Below, in pieces: positions 9,679-21,529 of a stretch of 64,000 bases of DNA (position 1 is the stretch's first letter; every line of letters begins with the position of its first letter). Position numbers and translations under genes: made by a program. The notes under the pieces are model-generated. The model was not told the origin of the DNA. It did not search any database and saw nothing but the letters and a program-made list of their open reading frames with translations. This stretch comes from Chiloscyllium plagiosum (taxonomy: Eukaryota). Location of the stretch: assembly GCF_004010195.1 (NCBI RefSeq), contig NC_057717.1, positions 106,706,566 to 106,770,565 on the forward strand. Reading direction: 5' to 3'.

Positions 9679-10758
9679 ATGGGGGAACCACTATGCACCG
9701 CGTCTGAGGGCTCCTTTAATAATTACTACAACAGGGAGTTAATAAGTTTCCATTATAACCACACTGGGAAACTTGCAGACCCGAAATATAAGTCACAAGG
9801 CCTGAGTGTCACCTCTGTTGTCTTCATCATTTTGTGTTCTTTCATCATCCTTGAAAACCTTTTGGTGTTGGTGGCCATCTGCAGATATAAGAAGTTCCAC
9901 TCAGCCATGTTTTATTTCATTGGAAACTTGGCACTTTCGGACCTTTTTGCGGGCATTGCTTACATCTTCAACATTGTGTTTTCGGGAAGCCAGACCATGA
10001 AGCTGACACCGCTGCAGTGGTTTATCCGTGAGGGCACCATGTTTGTTGCATTGGCTGCATCAGTTCTCAGTCTGTTGGCCATCGCTATTGAAAGGCATGC
10101 AGCCATTGTGAAAGTCAAACTCTACAGCGGTGACAAGAATACTCGGATGTGCTTACTGATTGGAAGCTGTTGGATTGCCTCTGTGCTGCTGGGTGGGCTG
10201 CCGGTAATGGGGTGGAACTGCCTCTGCCATGTAAATGGTTGTTCCACTGTGCTGCCTCTGTTCTCCAAGAATTACATTTTGTTCTGTATCACCTTGCTCA
10301 GCATCATCCTTCTGTCTATTGTCATCCTTTATGTGCGGATTTATCTGATTGTACGATCCAGTCACTGTGAAACTGCGGCTCCACAGACCCTGGCGTTGCT
10401 AAAGACAGTCACGATTGTGCTCGGTGTGTTTATTATTTGCTGGGCACCCACCTTCATCATGTTACTGCTGGACTTTGCCTACACAGAAAGCAATTTGAAG
10501 ATCCTGCACAAAGCAGAAATCTTCCTGGCCCTATCTACACTCAACTCTGCTATGAATCCCATCATATACACTCTGAGGAGCAGGGACATGCGCAGAGCAT
10601 TTCTCCGCATCCTGTGTTGCTGTTCCATGATGGAGAATAAGACCAGGTTTGACAGCTGCTTCCCTAGTCTTCGCCACACCAGTACATTGGACCGGTCTTA
10701 CCATAAACACAAGATGGCAGACTCACCAACGATGCCAGAATGCACAACATTTGTGTGA
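9679..10758 (+). CDS. S1PR2: Sphingosine-1-phosphate receptor 2 (class A GPCR, 359 aa, single coding exon)
   Basis: 7TM protein with ENLLVL, QWFIREG, AIAIERH, GWNC..CSTVLPL, CWAP, NPIIY. S1PR2-type segments VKLY, VRSSH..AAPQTLALLKTVTIVLGVF and C-terminal ..TTFV. First in-frame ATG is 9679 (GAAATGG); the track's 9580 start is a TTG. Confidence 0.93.
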   Translation: MGEPLCTASEGSFNNYYNRELISFHYNHTGKLADPKYKSQGLSVTSVVFIILCSFIILENLLVLVAICRYKKFHSAMFYFIGNLALSDLFAGIAYIFNIVFSGSQTMKLTPLQWFIREGTMFVALAASVLSLLAIAIERHAAIVKVKLYSGDKNTRMCLLIGSCWIASVLLGGLPVMGWNCLCHVNGCSTVLPLFSKNYILFCITLLSIILLSIVILYVRIYLIVRSSHCETAAPQTLALLKTVTIVLGVFIICWAPTFIMLLLDFAYTESNLKILHKAEIFLALSTLNSAMNPIIYTLRSRDMRRAFLRILCCCSMMENKTRFDSCFPSLRHTSTLDRSYHKHKMADSPTMPECTTFV

Positions 10759-13454
10759 ATGTCTGTGCTGCAAAAGGGTCTGATGGTGTTGAGTAACTTA
10801 CCATGCACCATCGACACGTGCACTCCACACACTTACCTGCCACAGAGACAAACATGTGCATGATTAGTCCCTGAGCCTACAATATCCGCTGTCACAAGAG
10901 GACCTCAGGTCAACAAATGATGAGCAAGTTGGATGTGAGACTCAATCTAACCCCTTTCACTGTATGATACAATGGCAACCAGTCAGCTGACCCACAGGAT
11001 TTATTTTACTCTCCACAATAACAATTTAGCAGCAGCCAATCAGAAATGAATACACCTGACAAAGTGACCAATGGTTGAGCTGCACGACAGAATTTGCAGA
11101 GTCTCGTGGACAGAATCTGTGAGCCAAGCTGCTGGAAATCACAACTAAAGACAATGCTGAATAATAGAGCTTACAGGACACAGTCTGCTCTTAATCTATC
11201 CTCAGAAAGGATCACGTTTCCATGCTATTTGCAATTGCAAATGGTGGCTGGAGGGAGAGAAAAAAATATTTTTGAGGCGTGCAGGCACACACAACAATTT
11301 TAATGGAGCATCATCACAAACTTTTCTTTGTTTTTCTGATGCCACATTAGTGTTAGACCTGACCTCCAGGTAATGCCACTTCCATATATAATGTTGTTTC
11401 CAGTGGTGGCAGCAGGTTTCCCTGCCTGGGGCTTTGCCCTGTGACCAGCAGCACAGTCTCCTACCAATCAACATTGCCTTGTGCTCCCTGTATAGTAGCA
11501 CTGCTGCTGCCCAGCAGCACTGTCCCCCACCTAGGGCCTGCTCTGCCTAGTCCTGTGCCCCCTGCATGGTACCCACTGGTAATGGTAATGCAGCAAAATT
11601 ACAGTGGGAAAGTGAAATTGTTCCCCTCATGTTAACACAGCAGAGGAAGGAGAGCAGCAGGATTTCTATGAGCCAGGTTTTGGTTTCAATTATATTAGGA
11701 GCATAAGCTGGACCCTTTAGGGCTATCTATCACCTTGATAATAACTTGACACCTTGACACTGACATTTTGTAACTCAGTAAACTATTACTTACATGATGA
11801 GTGTAGCTAAAAGAAGCAAGTCTGCTGGCCAATTCCAGCTTAAATGTTTAAAATTCTAATTATTATATTTTAAACTGGCTCACACATCATTTAGAATTAG
11901 GTTTGTTTCTATAAATTCTGTAATTTGGGCATTGACTGCTGCCTTTACTTTGATCTCTGTCACTGATATGTGTCATGCTGTGAGAAACTGTTTAATATCA
12001 AAACATATTGTGATTAGTTTCCACGGGATATTTCCGCTGTTTGAAATTTCCATGTAGTCAGCACCTCCCAACCAACATACAGAGGGAGTTGTGGAACTTT
12101 GCATGTGAGTCACAGAGCCTCAGGCCCAGTCTCAGACTGATGCAGCAGCTCTGGCCTTGCGCAGATTCAAATTTGACACCTAGCTCTGGAGACCAGCTTC
12201 AGTGACTGTCTTCAACTCAAGTCACATTGGACAACTGGACAATGACTGTTGATTGTGTAAGTTTCCATAAATGTGCAGGAGTTCTCTTTCTTGTGAAAAT
12301 AACTCCAATATAAAAGTTTAATGGAGCTATGCTGCCTACATTTCACAAAGTGATGGAGGCAGCAACCAATCAGTGTTTGAAAAAGCCAAGTTATGATACT
12401 AACAGCAAAAAGGAGCTGGGCAGAATCCTGGACGGCAGTGCAAACGGCATCTGATTTATTCTCCATCGTGATACCATTGTGGAGAACGTACAGAAAGTGA
12501 CCCAGATGTAGAGACACTCAGTATCTTGAAGCTGCCAGTGGGTCAGGCTGCTCCTTTAAATGAAGGTCAAATTAATTTGGTTGTTTAGTTTAAATGTTTA
12601 AGTGGCAACACTACAGCAGAATCCAGCAATGGATTGGCATTGTTAAATGTCTAAATGTCAATGTAGAGAACTCAAAATATAGAATGTTAAGCGGTACGAG
12701 AAATGATTAATGGCTGCTCACTGAGAATTAACCAACAGAAAATAAACCTTTTCTTAAAAAAAATTCTGCCTTGGTTTTTGAGGTTCTGGTTCAGGAACTG
12801 TTCCAATAGATGGCTCACAAACAGAATTTGTGATTCTGCCAGAAGGATGGAATCAAAATAAGGTTTTGGAGTCAATTTGCTGTGTTCTGTGCAGACTGTG
12901 TAAGAGGTAAGACTGGAGTTGGATTTCATTTGACACTGTCAGTGATTATGCATTATGCCACATTTACTCTTTCTGTCTCTCTTTCCCTCCCAACTCCTCT
13001 TACCCCCCTTTCTTTGATTGACCTTAAAAGATTATTCCCAAGTTGTGTGTTCTTCCTACAGTCAGAGCTTTGACTTTATGCAAGATTCAAACCTCAGTGA
13101 GTGTGGCTAGAAATTGTCGAGCAAGTTAAACATCACTTAGCACCTGATAATATGTCAAACTGTGCAAGCTTCATGCAAATATGGGGACAGGGGAAGAGAT
13201 GGTGTGTGTGTTTGGCAGGGGGGACTGACATCTCAGCTGTGCTTAGGAAGAAATTACTCACTCAATCCAAAGCCATCAACTCTTATGTAAGATAAAACAA
13301 AAAAAACGGAGATCTAAAACTGTGATCGCTCAGGAAGCCTAATTGGAACATCATTTATTCTTGAACACCAAATAAAGCCACTACTCATGGCATAGAGAGG
13401 CCAGCTCCAGCCTGGGACAGACAGCTCAGACAAATGGATGATGTGCTTTTTTTT

Positions 13455-13560
13455 TAAACAACCTGTTCAAACATGTTATGACAAACATCTGGACTGGGTG
13501 AGACTTGAACCTGGGTCGCCTGGTTTAGGGGTAGGGAATTATCACTGCACCACAGGTCCA
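13455..13560 (-). mobile_element. Short tRNA-derived SINE (~110 bp family)
   Basis: Reverse complement has A box TGGTGCAGTGA and B box GGTTCAAGTC. Confidence 0.7.
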
Positions 13561-13974
13561 CTTTATCGTTTTATATACCCTGAAGTGCTATCACACACCA
13601 TGGAGGACTTCACCAGCTCCAAAGCCAGCATGACTTGTTTTATTTTCGTTTCCTTTCTAAACACTAACCACTGCCAGTAAAATACCCACGTAGCCAACTA
13701 GATATTTACAAGCAAAACCCATTATGACCAACATGAACCACCAAAAGTGAAGGAGGGGTAGGGAGAGTGGGAAGGGTCTAAGACAAAATTGAATTGGAGA
13801 GACAAGTAACCCCATGGTTCCCATCTCTCTGAAGGCATTGACAGCATTGATGAACACTACATGCTCTCTCTCCAGTGACATGAGAATAACTGAGGAGGTG
13901 GGGCAGGCAGTGGCAAACATGACAACCCTGAGTCTCTTTTTTTAAGTTTATAATTTTTAGTTTTTTCTTTAATT

Positions 13975-14210
13975 AACCTATTTTTCTAATCAACCTATTC
14001 AGAGATGTATTACACATCTCTGGAGCAGGTGGGACTTGAACCCTGGCCTCCTGGTGGAAGGGTAGGGACACTACCACCTTATAAAGTTTTGTTTAATTTA
14101 ACTTCATTTTCTATTCAACCTGTTTAGAGATTTTATTACACTCCTCTGTAGTGAGTGGGACTTGAACTGGGCCTCTCGGTCCAGGGGTAGGGATGCTACC
14201 ACTGCACCAG
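13975..14210 (-). mobile_element. Two tandem copies of the short tRNA-derived SINE
   Basis: GGGACTTGAAC..GGTAGGGA(C/T)(A/G)CTACCAC occurs twice (14030-14078, 14157-14208). Confidence 0.75.
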
Positions 14211-16015
14211 CAAAACATTGCATTCCTCGGAATTGGAGCATCGTTTTATAAATTTCACCTTCTGTTTGAGAGTGTATAGTCCATCTTTGTCGACTCTATA
14301 TCTGAGGTATGTTACCTCGTTTATCTGGAACAGACACTTTTCCCTTTGTAGCCAGATGCCAGCCTCAGAAAAATGCTGTAAGACCTCCTCCAAACTCTCC
14401 ACATGTTCCATTGCAGTAATTCCTGAGATTAAAATGTTATCCAGATAGACTCCCAGATTGGGCACCCCTTGAAGGATGCTCTCCATGACACTATGAAACA
14501 TGGCATAAGGCAAAGATACCTCAAAAGGCAAGTGAGCGTATTCAGACTGACCTTTCTGAGTTTTTAGATTAACATATTTCCTGAATGATACCTCAAACTG
14601 CAGTTGGAGATAGGCATGGCTTATATCCATTTTGGAAAATATGTGACTCCAGCCAGCTTTGCCTACAAGTCTTCTCTGTGTGGCAGAAAGTATTTGTCTA
14701 AGTAGGAAGCTCTGTTGACTATTAGCTTATACACCTCACAGAGGCAAACTGAGTTGTCACGTTTTAAAACTGGGACTATTGGCATGGCCCAGTCAGAAAG
14801 TTATACCAAGCATTTAATGCCAAGTTCCTCTAGACGTTCCAATTCGGCCTCTACTTTGGCATATAGGGCATAGGGGGCTGGATGTGCCTTCGAGTATTTA
14901 AGTTGGACCTCTGGGTCTACATAGACCTTGGCCCTGTCACTTTTTATCTTCAAGAGGCCCTCTTCGAACACCTTGGGATACTTCTTAATGATTTCATATA
15001 GCTAAGCAGTACCCATTTTTAAGATCTGTTGCCAAATGCAGGCAGACTTTCTGTAATCAGTCCCTTCCCAAAAGGTTGGAACCTGGTTCTTTCACTACCA
15101 ACGAGGCCAGTCGGATTGTCTGTTGTCTGTGCCTATCTGGGGTTATAGTGGTCCCAATAATAAGAGTGGCTCCCCAGAGTATGTGGCCAATCTAGCCCTG
15201 CTGCCTTACAAGCTTAAAGCGAAGATTCCCCTTTGGAATTTCCTAAAGGTTCACTCCCCAACAATAGATACAGTGGCATCTATGTCTACCTCCATGTCTG
15301 CGGGTGGCCAATTACCTGGAGTTTGAGCTTAATTGGGAACACTTTGGGAGCAGTGATGCAATTTAGTTGTAACAATTCCTCATCTTCAGGTTGATTTATT
15401 TGCAAAGCCCTGACTTGAGGTGGCTACGGCTTGGGCAGTATGTATTTCGCCTTGTCTGGGGTGAACTCTACAACCACACGCACAGATGGGTGTTCTTGCC
15501 TCTCATTGTATTGTAGAGATACTTCCCATCCAGTTCTAAAAGCTCACAGCCTTTGACTCCAATCGCCAATTGTCACTCAGCAACAAACAGGAGCTGTGAG
15601 TATTATCCACCTGGGATTTGGCTCTGTGGTATGGGGATTGTCCAAGGTTGAAGACAGTACCGTTTATGGACCCCTGATGTTCCTGACCCCCTTTTCCAAT
15701 ATTTTTGCAGGTAAAGGGCCAGTTCTATGGCTTTCTTGAGGTCCAGATCCTTTGAGTCACAATATTATTAATTCTACAAACCAAGTGATCCTTTGACATT
15801 TCCTAAAGTGCTGACCTTACTCACAGTGTTCCACCAAATTCTACAGACTTGTCAAGAATTCAGTCATTGGTTTCCCAGGAAGACTATTTGCCATGTTGTA
15901 AATCTGTAACACTGCAACGTAACAGATAATTTGGGGTTATGATGGGTCTGCTAAAAAATTGATCAGCTTGGGGAATGCCAGGTAGGTTAAACTATTTACA
16001 ATGCTGAAAGCAGGG
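14211..16015 (-). mobile_element. Ty3/Gypsy LTR retrotransposon internal relic (gag-protease-RT)
   Basis: DISHAYLQL..LPFEVS..YLDNILISG..EKCLF RT motifs; IDTVAS-like protease region near 15265 appears decayed; frameshifts and stops. Confidence 0.85.
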
Positions 16016-16049
16016 GTGGTCAGGAAAATAATGAAGAGTCGAATGAGAC

Positions 16050-16145
16050 CTGATGACAAGTCATCATACTCAAAACGTTAATTCTGCTTTCTTCCAAAAG
16101 ATGCTGCCAGATCTGCTGAGTTTTGTTAGCAATGTCTGTGTTTGC
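16050..16145 (+). mobile_element. Penelope-like terminus, family D, decayed hammerhead
   Basis: CTGATGA-CAAGT-CATCAT-ACTC-AAAA-CGTTA followed by GATGCTGCCAGATCTGCTGAGT. Confidence 0.55.
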
Positions 16146-16422
16146 TGTAAATTCTGAGTATACTTCTGTGACTACATTACTCCAAAGTAGTTTATATGGT
16201 TCTTTCTGATCTCAATGCTGCATATGAGAGACTGGACATTATAATAAACTAAAACTCATTCCTTTGCCTTATTCCAGCAATCGCTGGGAGCAAAAAGTGA
16301 AATACAAACTTGAGTTCCATGATCTAATTAGTATTAGCAGCTTCTATACGCTTGTAGGATGTTCCCAGAGACCTTCACTATCAATGAGTTTTAAAATGAA
16401 GACACCAGGAAATGCAGTGACT

Positions 16423-16625
16423 CATAAAAGCAGAAGCTACTGCAGAAACTAAGCAGCTCCAGCAGTATCTGTGGAGAGAGAAACAGTTAACATTTCGAGT
16501 CTAATGACTTCTTTGGCACAGTGGAGTTTCTTCTCTCTCCGTAGATACTGCCAGACCTGCTGAGTTTCTCCAGCACTTACTGGTTGTCATTATGATCTCT
16601 TGCATCTGCAGCACTTTCCTTTTAT
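16423..16625. repeat. Inverted-repeat element, family D
   Basis: CAGCAGTATCTGTGGAGAGAGAAAC pairs with TCTCTCTCCGTAGATACTGCCAG. Confidence 0.7.
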
Positions 16626-16629
16626 ATCA

Positions 16630-16985
16630 ATATGGCAGCCAGTTTTCTCACAGCAGCCTCACACAGTCACATGATCAAGCTCAGATCATCTCTTTCTGTG
16701 ATGTTACTTGAAGGATAATCATTGCCCAGAACATTAGTGAGAACTCCCCTGCTTTTCTTTGAAGCAACACCACAAGATGTTTTTACATTAATGGGAGGGG
16801 GCCTTTGTTAAAGGACAAAAGATGTCACTTCCAGTGATGCAACACTCCCTCCAGAAATGCACTGAGCCTATGCCTCTATAATTTTCCAAGCTGAAAAAAG
16901 TGGGCAAAGTCACAGTACAACACACAACAAACAACTATTGCATTGCACTCCATTGTCAGCCTGGATGATATGCTCAGGTCCATGG
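16630..16985 (-). mobile_element. Deu-domain SINE (SacSINE1/AmnSINE-like)
   Basis: GAGAACTCCCCTGCTTTTCTTTGAA..CACTTCCAGTGATGCAACACTCCCTC matches the reverse complement of the Deu domain as I recall it. Confidence 0.65.
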
Positions 16986-17124
16986 ATTAGGACAGTCATA
17001 GCCTCTGACCCAGGATAGATTGCTAGTTATGGCCTATGTAAAACAGACTGTTACATGTTACATCTTCCTAGACAACTGGCTGAGTAGATTGATGAGTCTC
17101 AATCTTTAACAATGTTATGTCCTA

Positions 17125-17350
17125 CTGGTAATGTGGCTGGACTAAACCAGAGACACAGGTAGATATGATTCCCAATACAACAGATGGTGGAATCTGAACC
17201 CAATAAAAATGTTTGGAATTGAAAGTCTAATGATCATCCTTAAACCATTGTTTATTATTGTAAAAATTCAACTGGTTTACTGAAATACGTCAGGAAAGGA
17301 AATCTGCTATCCTTGCCTGGTCTGACATATCTGTGAATCCAGACCCAGAG
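17125..17350 (+). mobile_element. SINE fragment (GGAAATCTGCC..CCAGACCCACAG family)
   Basis: Shares sequence with 37405-37575. Confidence 0.55.
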
Positions 17351-18040
17351 TCGACTCCTTAGACTGCAGCTCCAAACCCATTACCATCCAGCATAGGATC
17401 ACCACCAAGCAGTCAGCTGGTGTAGATACGCCCACAATGCTATTAAGGAGGGAGTTCCAGAATGTTGACCCTGCGATATACTTTCAAGTCAGGATGGTAT
17501 TTGGCTTGGAGGGGAACGTGCAAGTGGTGGTGTTCCCATACATCTGATGTTCCTGTTTTTTTATGTGTTAGAAGTCATGGGTTTAGAAGATGCTGTTAAA
17601 GAAGTTTTGGTAAATAGTTGCGGTCACTGTATATTGATAATGAAGGGAGTAAACATTTTAAAAGTGGTGTGTAGGGTACAAACTTTGTCCTGGATGGTGT
17701 CTAGTTTCTCAAGTGTTCTTGGAGCTGTGCTCATCTAGTCAACTGGAGAATAATCCTCACAGTCCTGACTTGTGACTTGTCAATGGTGGACAAGTGAGTT
17801 ATTTGCTGCAGGATTCCTAGCTTCTGACCTGTTCTTGTAGACACAGTATTTATATGGCTGATCCAATTTAGTTTCCAGTAAATGGTAACCCTTGGGATAT
17901 TAATAGTGGGGGATTTAGTGTTGTAATGCCATTGAATGTCATGGGGAAATGGTTAGATTCACTTTTGTCAGAGATGGTAATTGCCTGACATTTGTGTGGA
18001 GTGAATATTATTTGCCACTTGACACTGTCCAGATCTTGCT

Positions 18041-19365
18041 ATAGAACATAGAACAATACAGCACAGAACAGGCCCTTCAGCCCACGATGTTGTGCCGAAC
18101 ATTTGTCCTAGCTTAAGCACCCATCCATGTACCTATCCAATTGCCGCTTAAAGGTCACCAATGATTCTGACTCTGCCACTCCCACAGGCAGTGCATTCCA
18201 TGCCCCCACCACTCTCCGGGTAAAGAACCTACCCCTGACATCCCCCCTCCTATACCTTCCACCCTTCACCTTAAATTTATGTCCCCTTGTAACACTCTGT
18301 TGTACCCAGGGAAAAANNNNNNNNNNNNNNNNNNNNNNNNNNNNNNNNNNNNNNNNNNNNNNNNNNNNNNNNNNNNNNNNNNNNNNNNNNNNNNNNNNNN
18401 NNNNNNNNNNNNNNNNNNNNNNNNNNNNNNNNNNNNNNNNNNNNNNNNNNNNNNNNNNNNNNNNNNNNNNNNNNNNNNNNNNNNNNNNNNNNNNNNNNNN
18501 NNNNNNNNNNNNNNNNNNNNNNNNNNNNNNNNNNNNNNNNNNNNNNNNNNNNNNNNNNNNNNNNNNNNNNNNNNNNNNNNNNNNNNNNNNNNNNNNNNNN
18601 NNNNNNNNNNNNNNNNNNNNNNNNNNNNNNNNNNNNNNNNNNNNNNNNNNNNNNNNNNNNNNNNNNNNNNNNNNNNNNNNNNNNNNNNNNNNNNNNNNNN
18701 NNNNNNNNNNNNNNNNNNNNNNNNNNNNNNNNNNNNNNNNNNNNNNNNNNNNNNNNNNNNNNNNNNNNNNNNNNNNNNNNNNNNNNNNNNNNNNNNNNNN
18801 NNNNNNNNNNNNNNNNNNNNNNNNNNNNNNNNNNNNNNNNNNNNNNNNNNNNNNNNNNNNNNNNNNNNNNNNNNNNNNNNNNNNNNNNNNNNNNNNNNNN
18901 NNNNNNNNNNNNNNNNNNNNNNNNNNNNNNNNNNNNNNNNNNNNNNNNNNNNNNNNNNNNNNNNNNNNNNNNNNNNNNNNNNNNNNNNNNNNNNNNNNNN
19001 NNNNNNNNNNNNNNNNNNNNNNNNNNNNNNNNNNNNNNNNNNNNNNNNNNNNNNNNNNNNNNNNNNNNNNNNNNNNNNNNNNNNNNNNNNNNNNNNNNNN
19101 NNNNNNNNNNNNNACAACATTCGCCACTCTCCAGTCCCCTGGTACCACCCCCGCTAACAGTGAAGACGAAAAGATCATTGACAACGGTTCTGCAATTTCC
19201 TCTCTTGCTTCCCACATAATCCTAGGATATATCCCATCAGGCCCGGGGGACTTGTCTATCCTCAAGTTTTTCAAAATGCCCAACACATCTTTCTTCCTAA
19301 CAAGTATCTCCTCTAGCTTACCAGTCCGTTTCACACTCTCCTCTTCAACAATATGGTCGCTCTCA
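18041..19365 (-). mobile_element. Younger CR1 LINE copy spanning an N-gap
   Basis: KSPGPDGIYPRI..VPGDWRVANV and TRGHKFKV..FFTRRVVGAWNALP; (TTCTATG)n-type tail at 18041-18055. Confidence 0.92.
18317..19113. other. Assembly gap (N run)
   Basis: 797 N. Confidence 1.
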
Positions 19366-19526
19366 GCTATGTTTGTACATGGGCTGCTCCAGTACCTGAG
19401 GAGTCACGAATGGTGCTAATATATGCAATCATCTGTGAACATCCTCACTTCTGACCTTATGATGGAGGGAAGGTCATTGATAAAGCAGCTGAAGATGGTT
19501 GGGTCCAGGACCATACCCCAGGAAAT

Positions 19527-19647
19527 TGAGGCTCTTGTGGTGCATTGGTGGTGTCCATACCTCTGGACCAAGAGTCCTGGATTCAAGTCCCACCTGCTCT
19601 AGAGGTGTTGTAATAACGTCTCTGCACAGATTCATTAGAAAATATCC
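19527..19647 (+). mobile_element. Short tRNA-derived SINE inserted in a LINE
   Basis: A box TGGTGCATTGG (19538), B box GATTCAAGTCC (19580), 3' end ..TTAGAAAATATC. Confidence 0.8.
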
Positions 19648-20162
19648 ACCCTGAAGAACTCCTGCAGAGATGGCCTGGAACTTAAATGGCTGATCGGTGA
19701 TGATTGACCTCAGCGATGAAATTACAGACTTCTGAAGAAGGAAGGTTCCCTGTGTGAGATACAGGGAAGTGAAGCAGTAGAACGTGACTTGAAGCAGCAA
19801 AGCCGTGCAAGCATGAAAAGGCCCTGACATTGAAATAGGAAATGGTTGAGTGAAAGAAGTTAAATAGCAAGCGCTGACTCACTGTTACGCTCTATCAATC
19901 AGACATCTGTGAGCTTTTTGAATTCCCGTGGGCTGCTGCTGATTTGAATCTTAAGTTACTTCACTGAATTCAGAATTTCCAAGTCTGGGCAGGTTCAGCG
20001 GCGATTCTGATCACCTCAAAGATCTAATTATTTCTTCATTCTGTTGTAATTAACAAGAGTGCCCAAAGGCTGTTTAAAGTTGACAAGCCCAACCTTGATG
20101 TGTGAACTCTGACCCACAGATGAGAAAGTAACATACATCATGATATTCCAATCAGATGAGAA

Positions 20163-20482
20163 ATAGATTAGATTCCCTACAGTACAGAAACAGGCCCATT
20201 GGCCCAACAAGTCCACACCGATCCTCTGAACAGTAACCCACCCAGACCCATTCCCCTACATTTACCCCGACTAATGCACCTAACACTATGGGTAATTTAG
20301 CATGGTCAATTCACCTGACCTGCACATCTTTGGATTGTGGGAGGAAACTGGAGCACCCAGAGGAAACCCATACAGACATGGTGAGAATGTGCAAACTCCA
20401 CATAGTCACCTGAGACGGGAATCAAACCTGGGTCCCTGGTGCTGTGAGGCAGCAGTGCTAACCACTGAGCCACCGTGCCACC
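20163..20482 (-). mobile_element. HE1-like tRNA-derived SINE, full length
   Basis: Reverse complement starts GGGTGGCACGGTGGCTCAGTGGTTAGCACTGCTGCCTCACAG; B box GGTTTGATTCC; CR1-like 3' tail. Confidence 0.88.
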
Positions 20483-20527
20483 CATCTGGACTGCATCTGG
20501 TAGATGAATGAGAAAGTTCATAGTTTT

Positions 20528-21378
20528 GAGGTCATAGAGTCATTGAGATGTACAGCACAGAACAGACCCTTCAGTCCAACTCGTCCATGCCGATCAGATA
20601 TCCCAACTCAATCTGGTCTCACCTGCCAGCACTCGGCCCATATCCCTCCAAACCCTTCCTATTCATATACCCATCCAGATGCCTTTTAAATATTGCAATT
20701 GTATCAGCCTCCACCACTTCCTCTGGCAGCTCTTTCAACACAAGTACCACCCTCTGCATGAAAGACTTACCCCTTAGGTCTCTTTTATATCTTTCCCCTC
20801 TCGCCCTAAACCTATGCCTTCTGTAAGGTCACCCCTCAGCCTCCGATGCTCCAGGGAAACCAGCCCTAGCCTATTCAACCTCTCCCTGCAGCTCAAATCC
20901 TCCAATCCTGGCAACATCCTTTTAAATCTTTTCTCAACCCTTTCAAGTTTCACAACATCCTTCCGATAGGAAGGAGACCAGAATTGCACGCAATATTCCA
21001 AAAGTGGCCGAACCAATGTCCTGTACAGCCGCAACATGACCTTCCAACTCCTGTACTCAATACTCTGACCAATAAAGGAAAGCATACCAAACGTCTTCTT
21101 CACTATCCTATCTATCTGCGACTCCACTTTCAAGGAGCTATGAACCTGCACTCGAAGGTCTCCTTATTGAGCAACACTCCCTAGGACCTTACCATAAAGG
21201 CTATAAGTCCTGCTAAGATTTGCTTTCCCAAAATGTAGCACTTCGCATTTATCTAATTTAAACTCCATCTGCCACTTCTCAGCCCATGGGCCCATCTAAT
21301 TTATGTAATCTATGTTAACCTTCTTCGCTGTCCACTACACCTTCAATTTTGGTGTCATTTGCGAACTTACTAACTATA
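20528..21378 (-). mobile_element. CR1 LINE 3' fragment
   Basis: LYRTLVRPLLEYCVQFWSP..LERV..RRLRGDL. Confidence 0.92.
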
Positions 21379-21529
21379 GGTCTTTGGAAATAAGTTAGAG
21401 TTGAGACACCAGTTTGCATGATATTCTCAGGCGTACGTTTACAGAAACAACAGATAGCCAATGAGAGAAAAGAGGTGTTTGAATGCTGATGGAAAGGGAA
21501 AATTGGTGCACGAGACTGTTACTGGGGCT

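Larger units (their letters stand above)
17440..19700 (-). mobile_element. Old CR1/L2-group LINE relic interrupted by a younger CR1 and a mini-SINE
   Basis: Reverse complement near 19470-19680 encodes ISAGVLQG..GPNHLQLL (GVPQGS-type region); same family as 34740-35340. Confidence 0.6.

Noticed and set aside
18108..19419. Long ORFs of 284-430 aa across the second gap
   Set aside because: N-run artefact within a CR1 copy.
19700..20030. Enhancer-like cluster (TGACTCA at 19875, GGAA motifs)
   Set aside because: Short motifs are expected by chance; no independent support.
20400..20482. tRNA gene
   Set aside because: The A/B boxes are the head of an HE1-like SINE repeated four times in the window.
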